Of a DNA stretch of 64,000 nt, positions 56,316 to 64,000 are shown piece after piece. The notes beneath the pieces were generated by a model. It did not search any database and had not been told where the DNA came from. It was given only the letters and a program-made list of their open reading frames with translations. How positions within the stretch are numbered: position 1 is the first letter of the stretch; the number at the start of each line of letters is the position of its first letter. A program made the translations under genes and the position numbers. This DNA is from Polyangiaceae bacterium (lineage in GTDB: Bacteria; Myxococcota_A; Polyangia; Polyangiales; Polyangiaceae), in NCBI GenBank assembly GCA_044376115.1, contig JBILLK010000001.1, forward strand, positions 320,001 through 384,000, written 5' to 3'.

Positions 56316-58849
56316 TTCTTCTGGTCCCGCCGGGGATTCGCCCATGAGGCGGTCCCCGCTTTGGCTCGACGGTCGCGAGCTGGGTCTCCCGAAGAAACAG
56401 GCGCCTCAACGACGGGCTCTTCCGGTGCTGCGGGCGGTTGTTCCGAAGGTGCTGAGTCGGGTTGGCGAGACTTGGGTGGTGAGGCCCAACTGGAGGTGGT
56501 CTTCGCGCGAACCGAGCGCGGTGCAGCCGAAAGATTCGACAGCGGCAGTGCGGGCGCGGATACCGCAGCGGCTCCTGCTTCTGCGACCGCGGGAGGCGGG
56601 GTAGCTTCAACCGGCTTTGCTGCGGCTGCTCGTGAAGAACTCGGCACAGGCGGCGTCGGTGCATCACGCAGGCTGACGGCGGGCATTGCTCGAACGGTTG
56701 CCTTGAGTGGAGGCCTTGCGCCCGGCGGCATTTTCAAAGCTAGCGGGGCCTTGACGAGCGGAGAAGCCACAGGAGCTTTGGCGTCAGCAAAGCTCGGATC
56801 GACCTCCTGTGCAGGCGCAGCAGGCTGCGCTGGAAGCGGGGCGAAGACCTCATCCCAATCGTCGTCACCACCTTTGCTCTCGGGGAAGGCCGGTTGACCC
56901 GCAGGAGCACCCCCTGCATTGGAGGGAGGACCCTCTGCGTCGAACGAAGCCGATTTGCCAGATGAGGTCCAGCGCAGCCCCCAGCTCGGACTCGACAGCG
57001 GCTCGGCACCTTGGCTTGACCGATTGGTTTCATCCGAAAGGTAGGCCGCGAGAATCGAGTCCGTCTCCGAATCGCCAGCAGGCTTTCGTGCGTTCTCGAT
57101 CTCCTTACCAATCTCGCCCCAACTCACCGAACGCGTCTCGGCGGGAGGCTCGGCGCTTGGCGTGGGCCTAGCCGCCTTGCCTTGCGCTGGTGCGCCTGAC
57201 GCGGCCTCCTCCGAGCGCGGGTCCCAGCGTCGCGTCGGCTGTTTGACCTTCGGGGCTTCAAACGGCAGCTTGACCGCGCTGATTGCCTGCCCGGCCGACG
57301 GACTCGAGAGCTCGCTTGGCAAACTAGGACGCGATAGCGCCGATGACCCAAAGCTCGAGGAGATATCACTCGGAACCTCCCGGCTGTTGCTTACCGGCGG
57401 CTCTTCGACAGCCTGGCGCGAGCGCCGCGAGGCGACCTGCATCACGTAGGCTCGCATCTGCCGCATCTGTTGGTCGGTCGAGTCGATTGCACGACGGATC
57501 GTGCGAACCCTTCCGTCCTTGGTTACAGCGACCGATAGATCGACGTCCTCGGGCTCAGGCAAAAGCTGCGCATTCTCGTCGTAGAGAATCCGCACCGGCG
57601 GACGCGCAAAATCGACGGGAAGGTTGGGCGTCGCGAGCACCACGCCCATCTCGCCAGTGGAAAGCTCAACCATGGTGCCCGCAGGGAAAATACCCAGCGC
57701 ACCGAGCAGCAACTTGACCAGCGCTCGGCCAGTGTTGTCGGCAGCTTGACCGTCGAGCACCTGAATCGCGTCGTCCAAACCCAACGCAGAACCTGTTGCG
57801 GAAGGCGTTCGTAACTCAACGAAGGAGCGGGCTATCACCAGGATGCGCGAGGCCAACGTTGGAGTTCGCTTGCCTCGATACGGGGTTAGGCCGTTCTTGA
57901 GGGCGTGCACCTCATGAAGAAGCACAGCGCGCGTGAGGTTGGGCGGATGCAGTTTGCCCAGAGCCGTGGCAGCCACCACAGCGCTCGTCATTTGCAGCGT
58001 CTCCTCGTCGGCGTTGAGTTGGCGCGGCGAGCTGGCTCCGATCCCCAGAAGACGAGGCCGCCCGATGTCGTGGAGCAGCGCTGCGCTAACGATGGCCGAA
58101 AGCAACGCTCGATCCGTTGAGAGCTGGCTTGCCATGGCCAGTGCGACCACGGCCGAGGAGAGCAAAGTCTGCGTGCGATCGGCGTCGACGCTGGGCACAG
58201 CCGCGATCGAAAGCAGCAACCTGGCCTCGAGCTCAGATTGCGAAACGAGCTTCTGAGCGATGCGTTTGACACCCTGTCGCGGCTCATAGTTGCCGTCGCG
58301 CAGATCCGAATAGAACGACCTTAGGATCATGAGGCCGGCCGCGTAGGTGCGCGCAGCCTTGACCTGCGGCGACAACACGCCCGACGTGCCGAGCCCAACG
58401 ATTTTTCGTAGACCAAGGCCGTCCCACCCGCCGTTCGTCAGCCGAACGGAAGGCTTGCCGTCGCGTGACGCGTTCGCTGCGGCTCGTCCGAATTCCGCCA
58501 CCTCAGCGGCTGTTATCTCGCTGGTGACCGTCACCTCGGTAGCGTCGCAGGCAGCCAGCAGCGCCCCAAGCTCGAGCGCGAGTTGGTAGGTCTCCTTCGA
58601 GGCGCGCATCATTTGACGGTTGATGAAGACCGCGTGCGGCGTAAAAAGGATGGCCGCTGCTTTGACCCCGGCAGCCTCGCAGTAGCGCTGAACCGAGACC
58701 ACCGCCTGATCGATCACTTGGATGACGGCCTGGTTCTGTTCAGAATGAAGCTGGCAGGCTTTGATTACGCGATAGAGCGCGTTGACCACTTTCCCGGCAA
58801 GCTGACGCCGGTCTTCCTCTTGGCTGGCCTCGACACGCGGCGCGTTCAT
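56312..58849 (-). CDS. Degenerate HD-GYP-like domain protein with long Pro/Ala/Ser-rich tail
   Basis: ALLHDIGR, SRILVIARSF, LGIFPAGTMVELSTGEMGVV...RPPVRI. The HHE, GYP and second Asp motifs are altered. Confidence 0.7.
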   Translation of the reverse strand: MNAPRVEASQEEDRRQLAGKVVNALYRVIKACQLHSEQNQAVIQVIDQAVVSVQRYCEAAGVKAAAILFTPHAVFINRQMMRASKETYQLALELGALLAACDATEVTVTSEITAAEVAEFGRAAANASRDGKPSVRLTNGGWDGLGLRKIVGLGTSGVLSPQVKAARTYAAGLMILRSFYSDLRDGNYEPRQGVKRIAQKLVSQSELEARLLLSIAAVPSVDADRTQTLLSSAVVALAMASQLSTDRALLSAIVSAALLHDIGRPRLLGIGASSPRQLNADEETLQMTSAVVAATALGKLHPPNLTRAVLLHEVHALKNGLTPYRGKRTPTLASRILVIARSFVELRTPSATGSALGLDDAIQVLDGQAADNTGRALVKLLLGALGIFPAGTMVELSTGEMGVVLATPNLPVDFARPPVRILYDENAQLLPEPEDVDLSVAVTKDGRVRTIRRAIDSTDQQMRQMRAYVMQVASRRSRQAVEEPPVSNSREVPSDISSSFGSSALSRPSLPSELSSPSAGQAISAVKLPFEAPKVKQPTRRWDPRSEEAASGAPAQGKAARPTPSAEPPAETRSVSWGEIGKEIENARKPAGDSETDSILAAYLSDETNRSSQGAEPLSSPSWGLRWTSSGKSASFDAEGPPSNAGGAPAGQPAFPESKGGDDDWDEVFAPLPAQPAAPAQEVDPSFADAKAPVASPLVKAPLALKMPPGARPPLKATVRAMPAVSLRDAPTPPVPSSSRAAAAKPVEATPPPAVAEAGAAAVSAPALPLSNLSAAPRSVRAKTTSSWASPPKSRQPDSAPSEQPPAAPEEPVVEAPVSSGDPARDRRAKAGTASWANPRRDQKK

Positions 58850-61608
58850 GACTTGCCCGCCACAGTAGCCGAGGGCTTGCGCGCTCTGCGCACGTCGATC
58901 GTCGCTAGCGCTTTGGCAGCCGCTTCACGAACAGTGGTAGAGGAGCCCCAACGCTGTTTTGCGACGGCTTGAAGCGCATTGCGCGTCTCCTCGGAATCGA
59001 AGGCCGCCAGCGCGTCCGCGGCCAACGTGCGCGAAGTCTCAACGGCTTCGTTGGAGAGCAACCGCCGCTTGGACAGAAGCTCGATCGCCACCGCTTCACC
59101 GCGAGCCGGACGCAGACTGCAAACGGTTGCGAGCAACTGTCGACGCTCGTCTGCAGCGAGATCATGGAAGGCGTCCGACTGGATCTTGCGCACCAGCACG
59201 GGACCTGCCGCCTGAACTCCAAGCCGCTCCACCGATTGCAGGGTTCTCGCGCGCACTTCCTTTTCGGGAGCCTCGAGGAGGTGATTGATCTCGTCGCGAG
59301 CACGCTCACCAACGGTTTCTCCCATGCGCGCCAAGGCCGCGAGCTTCACTTCGATATTTGGGTTGCTCAGCGCGGCGTCCATGGCCAACGGCAAGCTGGC
59401 TAGCTTCTGGTCCGCCAATAGATCGAGGAGAAAGCTGGCCAGCTCCGGGCCCGCTCGCTGGACGAGGGTGACGATCTGCGCCTCTTCGCCCACCGCCCAG
59501 GTTGCGACGTAGTCCTTCATGACCACGCGAATCGGCTCGTACGTGGCCGCATCCAAGCACTCGCAGGCGAGTCCAAACACGGCGCCAGAGCCGACCAAAG
59601 AGAGAGCGCGCGCCAACGAGCTGATCAGCTCCTTGGGTGGCGCGTTGCCTTCACCCACCCAGGCGCCCTTTCGTTCGCTGGCCATGGCCATCATCAGCGA
59701 GCGCAGAACCTCAATCGGGAAGAGAATCGTCGCGGTCTCGATCTCGAGCTCTTCAGCATCTCGTTTGCCGCATTGCTCGCGCAGCGCAGCGGTCAACTTC
59801 TCATGGAACTCGAAGACCTTGTCAGCCGCAGAGAGCGCGAGCTGATCCTCGACCCAACTTCGCATCGCTCGCGCGACGACGTCATGATCGCCGCGAGCTT
59901 TCGCATCGTCATAGGCCGGGACAAAAGCGTCGACGAAGGAGCTGAGCCAACGCTCCGGCGGCTGAGCCAGCTGAGCGCCCATCGTCGCCCGGGTTACTGG
60001 GTCCAGCGCCAGAGAAAGCGCTGAGTCTCCGGCCTCATGAAGCCGCGCCATCAGATTCTGTTCGAGCGCCTGCTCCTCCAGCCCCGCGTCGTCAAAGTCC
60101 TTGTCGAGGTTCGCTAGTTCCAGCGCTTTGTCTGCGAGCTCGTGCCAGTTGGCGACATGGTCTGGTTCGAGTGACTCCCCTTCACTGAAGGAGTCGACGG
60201 CGAGGTAGGCAACGTGTTCAAAGCGGCGGTCCCACAAGGCAGTGACCGAGTCGTCATCGACCTCAAACATGGTCGATACGTCGCGCAGCAAGATGGCGAT
60301 GAAGTCCCGCAGCTCCTCCTCGGTCAGGCCGGGCTTGAACTGAACCTTGCGAATACCGTCAGCGAAGAGTTGGTGCGGAATGCGATCGAACGGCACTCGA
60401 TCGGGCTTCCAAATAGGCTCCTTCTCGAAGACGAAGCCACTGCTATCCACGTCCCAGCGCACCGAATGCGCACTGTTCGCCAGCGCTGAACCGATCTCAG
60501 CGAAGGTGACGCCCAAGGCCTTTACTGTCTGAGGGTGCGCCAGGCCGTACTGGCGAACGCTCGCAAGGGCTGCCGACAACTGCTTGAAGATTGAGATCAG
60601 CCGGTCGCGCTGCTCATTGGTCTGAAACTCACTGAGTTCCGGCCCTTCATCGATAGCGTCATTGCTGCGAACGACGACGCCTGTCGCCCCTTTACGGGCA
60701 GCCTTGATCTGACCCGAGCGCAACCCCGATGCGAGCCGCAGTAGCGCCGAACGCATGTCGCCCGCCGATTGAAAGCGATGATTGCGATCGAACGCCAGCG
60801 CGCGGTCCACGAACGCCACCACCTCCAGCGGTAGATCCGGCGCTTTTCTCGCCACCGAAGTGGCGGCTTGCGTCGCCGCAAGGATGAACTCCTCGGCTTC
60901 CGACTTCCCTGCATTGAGTCGCTCGCCGGTGACCCCTGTGTAGAGACACGCGCCGACGCTGAACAAGTCCGCGCGACCATCCATCTTGTCCATCCCGAGC
61001 GCTTGCTCGGGGGCGATGAAGGACGCGGTACCGAGCGCAATACCGGCCCGAGTGGCCTCCGCTGCGCCCTCAGCCTCTCTCATCCGCGCGACGCCGAAGT
61101 CGAGCACGCGGACGGCCGATTGCTTGGTTAGGAAGATGTTCGCCGGCTTGATGTCGCGGTGAATGATGCCGAGTTCGTGACAGCGCCCCAGCAGGTCGAG
61201 CACTGGATCGAACACGCCAAGCAGCTTCTCCAGCGGCATTCGACCTCCGCTCCGCTTCAGCAGCTCGCCCAGCGTCATACCCTCGAGCAGCTCCATCACG
61301 AGGAACGGCTCTCCTAGCGACGAGATGCCGTCGTCCACCACCGCGACCCGCGCTGGGTGATCGACGCGGTTGGCGATTTTTCCTTCTCGCAGGAAGCGCT
61401 CGCGGACATCGATGGCAGCTGCGAACTCCGAATGGAGCACCTTCAGCGCGGCGCGTGTGCCGTTGTTCTTGTGAGTTGCGGCAAAGACTGCACCCATACC
61501 GCCGACCCCAAGGACGCGGTCAATACGCCACTTTTCCGTAAGGTCGGTGCCGACACGTCGGGCCGCCTTCTTGGACGGGCTCAGCTTTTCGGGTCCGTGC
61601 TCTGCCAT
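58846..61608 (-). CDS. Hanks-type Ser/Thr kinase fused to a HEAT-repeat region
   Basis: LGVGGMGAV, AALK, HRDIKPAN, DFG, APEQ; C-terminal helical repeats (NPNIEVKLAALA, EKEVRARTL, VREAAAKAL). Confidence 0.9.
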   Translation of the reverse strand: MAEHGPEKLSPSKKAARRVGTDLTEKWRIDRVLGVGGMGAVFAATHKNNGTRAALKVLHSEFAAAIDVRERFLREGKIANRVDHPARVAVVDDGISSLGEPFLVMELLEGMTLGELLKRSGGRMPLEKLLGVFDPVLDLLGRCHELGIIHRDIKPANIFLTKQSAVRVLDFGVARMREAEGAAEATRAGIALGTASFIAPEQALGMDKMDGRADLFSVGACLYTGVTGERLNAGKSEAEEFILAATQAATSVARKAPDLPLEVVAFVDRALAFDRNHRFQSAGDMRSALLRLASGLRSGQIKAARKGATGVVVRSNDAIDEGPELSEFQTNEQRDRLISIFKQLSAALASVRQYGLAHPQTVKALGVTFAEIGSALANSAHSVRWDVDSSGFVFEKEPIWKPDRVPFDRIPHQLFADGIRKVQFKPGLTEEELRDFIAILLRDVSTMFEVDDDSVTALWDRRFEHVAYLAVDSFSEGESLEPDHVANWHELADKALELANLDKDFDDAGLEEQALEQNLMARLHEAGDSALSLALDPVTRATMGAQLAQPPERWLSSFVDAFVPAYDDAKARGDHDVVARAMRSWVEDQLALSAADKVFEFHEKLTAALREQCGKRDAEELEIETATILFPIEVLRSLMMAMASERKGAWVGEGNAPPKELISSLARALSLVGSGAVFGLACECLDAATYEPIRVVMKDYVATWAVGEEAQIVTLVQRAGPELASFLLDLLADQKLASLPLAMDAALSNPNIEVKLAALARMGETVGERARDEINHLLEAPEKEVRARTLQSVERLGVQAAGPVLVRKIQSDAFHDLAADERRQLLATVCSLRPARGEAVAIELLSKRRLLSNEAVETSRTLAADALAAFDSEETRNALQAVAKQRWGSSTTVREAAAKALATIDVRRARKPSATVAGKS

Positions 61609-61773
61609 GCTCGAGTGCCGTTTGGCACCGCTGTCAAATCTACCACGGGAAGATCCTAGTGAAGTCTCTTTGAGCTACCCATCGACCGCAACGCGAGTTC
61701 AGGCGACAATTGAACCGCACTGGATACCGTCCCGCCCTCACGAGCGGCGACCGGATTGTGACGGGATTGGCCG

Positions 61774-62619
61774 ATGGGGGACAACAAACAGCCAAGCGGA
61801 CTTGATGAGAGCAGAGCGCCTCGACCTCAAGCCGGCGACGGCGCTGAGCTTGCTGCGGCTTGGCTGGCAACCGCCAGTTCAGTCGGCGACCGGGAGGTCC
61901 GCGCAAAGGTGATCTCGCGCAGCGTCAGCAGTTCCCCCATCTCGGAGATCGCCGCCGCGCTGGAGCTCATCTGTTTGCGCGCGGAGCAGGCTGACTCTCA
62001 CGCTTTGGACGTCTTGGCGTCCTGGGTTCCGCACGTCACCGACGAAGCCAACGCCGACTACTGGACGTTGGTGCGTCAAGCCGCAGAAGAGCACCACCTG
62101 CTGGCAGTTGGCCGGCTGCTGCGTCGCAGGAAACGGTCGGTCATGGACTCCGGCAAGGACCCTGATGAGCGTCCTCTAGCGAACCTTCCTGAAGGGAGGG
62201 CGCTGACGCTCGGAGAACGCAAGAGCCTCGCTCGCGGCCGAGATCGCTTCATGATCGACAGGTTGCTCCGGGATCCGCACCCGCAGGTCATTCGCAACGT
62301 ACTGTCCAATCCGCGCGTGATCGAAGACGACATCATTCGGCTCGCCGCCAGGCGCCCAACCTACCCCGACGTGCAAGGTGAGATCGCGCGGAGTCCTCGT
62401 TGGGGTCACAGGCCACGTGTGCGGCTCGCCTTGGTGCAAAATCCCTTCACCCCAACGGCCATCTCAGTTCCGCTGGTCGCGTTGCTGCTGCGACCCGACC
62501 TGGAGTCGGTGGTCGCTGCGACCAATCTCTCGGTGACCGTACGGGCCGCGGCTGCTGAACGACTGCAACGAAGACCGCCGCTACGCACCGAGGTGGATAC
62601 GGAACCGGAGCCGACCTGA
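61774..62619 (+). CDS. Conserved-looking hypothetical helical-repeat protein
   Basis: LTLGERKSLAR, LLRDPHPQVIRNVLSNPR, VRLALVQNPFTP (LRV/HEAT-like). Confidence 0.65.
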   Translation: MGDNKQPSGLDESRAPRPQAGDGAELAAAWLATASSVGDREVRAKVISRSVSSSPISEIAAALELICLRAEQADSHALDVLASWVPHVTDEANADYWTLVRQAAEEHHLLAVGRLLRRRKRSVMDSGKDPDERPLANLPEGRALTLGERKSLARGRDRFMIDRLLRDPHPQVIRNVLSNPRVIEDDIIRLAARRPTYPDVQGEIARSPRWGHRPRVRLALVQNPFTPTAISVPLVALLLRPDLESVVAATNLSVTVRAAAAERLQRRPPLRTEVDTEPEPT

Positions 62620-62629
62620 GCCCGATCCG

Positions 62630-63754
62630 TTACTGCAGCGTGCTTCGAGCGAAGCCCATGGCGTGAGCCTGCGCCGCCGAAGTCTCACCGCGTCGCCACA
62701 ACACGGCGTCCAAGATGTAGTGCGTTGCTTGAGGAACCATCAACAATGGCACCACGAGCTTGAGCCCGATTTCCGACAGCTCGAATGGCGGTAGAAACCC
62801 AAACAGCGCCTCGTGGGTGTGCCACACCAAGCGATCCCAAAGCAGTTCCTCGAGGAAGGCGAGAGCCACCAACACGGCCAAAAAGCCCAGCACACCTTTA
62901 CCAACGATCGAGCGTACGAGCCCCGCGGACACGAGCGCTCTTCGCTTGGCGTACATGAACAGGAGCACGAAGTACGGCGCGCCGTGGGTCACGACGTTCG
63001 CCGCGGTGAAGGTGAAATCCCCATTGGTAGCGACGATGCCGACGTACCAAGTGAGGGCGGTCGAGGTCACGACGAGGTGCTTGCCGAGCTCGATCGAGCG
63101 ATGGCGAAACGCGCGCCTCACGGCGTTGACGCAATACAAAACTAGCAGCGCCAGATAGCCAATGAACGCCCCTTGCAACCAAGCTCCGTCGGCGACCGCC
63201 ACAAAATCTCCGGGGACGAACCACTCGAACCGGCGTGGCAAATGGGCGTGCCAATGGAGCACCGGGTAGAGCGTGGCCGCGTATACCGTCAGGTCATCGA
63301 GGATGCGCTCACGAACGTGATAAGGCAGGCCTGCACTGACTGCGCGCGCTCGGTAGATGGCGACCCAACCAACCTGTTGGCGAATGAAATGGAGCAGCGC
63401 CAGATAGGCGAGCACCGTCCACAACCGCTCGGGGGCGAGGACGCTCACACCGACGAGCACCAGCAGCGCCCCCAACGGCGCTAGCGCATAGAGCCGTGGC
63501 CGTCGTTTCAGCTCACTGAGGTCGAAGTAGGTTCGAAACAGCGTCGAGTAGACGTGTGCGACGTCGATACCAATGACGAACACCAGGAAGGCCCAAGCAC
63601 CACCCTCGTCGTTCGGCGCCAACCACGGAGCCAAAGCGACGAAGGTCAAGGCGACCGCCGCAGCGCCTGCAAAAGCCGAGATATCGAGCGCTGGCCCCCA
63701 CATCCAGGGGCCTGCCGTCAGGGCGCGAGCGGGCCGCGCGGCCGCGTGGCCCAC
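62630..63754 (-). CDS. Polytopic membrane protein with four spaced His motifs
   Basis: DVAHVYST, LLHFIRQQ, VTHGAPY, ATHYILD; about 9 TM helices; directly downstream of DUF350. Confidence 0.7.
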   Translation of the reverse strand: MGHAAARPARALTAGPWMWGPALDISAFAGAAAVALTFVALAPWLAPNDEGGAWAFLVFVIGIDVAHVYSTLFRTYFDLSELKRRPRLYALAPLGALLVLVGVSVLAPERLWTVLAYLALLHFIRQQVGWVAIYRARAVSAGLPYHVRERILDDLTVYAATLYPVLHWHAHLPRRFEWFVPGDFVAVADGAWLQGAFIGYLALLVLYCVNAVRRAFRHRSIELGKHLVVTSTALTWYVGIVATNGDFTFTAANVVTHGAPYFVLLFMYAKRRALVSAGLVRSIVGKGVLGFLAVLVALAFLEELLWDRLVWHTHEALFGFLPPFELSEIGLKLVVPLLMVPQATHYILDAVLWRRGETSAAQAHAMGFARSTLQ

Positions 63755-63760
63755 GCGCGA

Positions 63761-63973
63761 TCAGCCCTTGATGGCGGACGAGATGATCAGCGACAGTCCG
63801 ATGATGATCGACCCGATCACGATCCCGAGCGACGTGTTCTGGTCATGCTCGATCTCCTTGCGCAGCGAGAACGGCGCGACCTTAGCCATGATGGCGAAGG
63901 CGATCGCAAAGACGATCAACCCCACGAAGGCGAAGATGAGCGTGAAGAGAATCGGCTCGATGTAGCGCGCCAT
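63761..63973 (-). CDS. DUF350 domain small membrane protein
   Basis: KVAPFSLRKEIEHDQNTSLGIVIGSIIIGLSLIISSAI. Confidence 0.85.
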   Translation of the reverse strand: MARYIEPILFTLIFAFVGLIVFAIAFAIMAKVAPFSLRKEIEHDQNTSLGIVIGSIIIGLSLIISSAIKG

Positions 63974-64000
63974 CAGCGAGTCGCCGGAGGGTGTAAACGC

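Overview
A GC-rich bacterial window that looks myxobacterial (probably Polyangiales). This is inferred from a MYXO-CTERM tail, a Myxococcus Cys-rich repeat, many Gly-linker lipoproteins and Ser/Thr kinase-PEGA modules. Layout from left to right: (1) partial OmpA gene, an MFS transporter and several lipoproteins, one of them a lipid-anchored group I truncated globin; (2) an iscS-iscU-iscA-hscB-hscA-fdx operon headed by a 4-Cys MerR-family regulator with a dyad operator instead of IscR; (3) a ~32 kb accessory locus (14.1-46.0 kb) in which a complete lasso-peptide RiPP system (ABC exporter, B2 peptidase, cyclase, precursor with predicted core ASGKSGKEPGAGAKPRK, HPr-kinase-like kinase, PqqD/RRE, NTP_transf_5-type nucleotidyltransferase) is interleaved with surface-polysaccharide genes (Wzc, WaaL/O-OTase-like ligase, Wzy-like protein, WecA, GT4s, GT-C, gmd, methyltransferases, a WbpD-WbpE-like fusion) and a MYXO-CTERM beta-propeller protein; (4) secG, two tandem Gly-rich lipoproteins sharing the motif CVFDPQPDPP, yggS, rarA, hpt; (5) a two-kinase / degenerate HD-GYP / PEGA signalling operon and the end of a DUF350 cluster. 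The best candidate for an undescribed system is the lasso peptide-glycan hybrid locus. I saw no rRNA, tRNA or CRISPR array. All calls come from motif reading by eye; no database searches were run.
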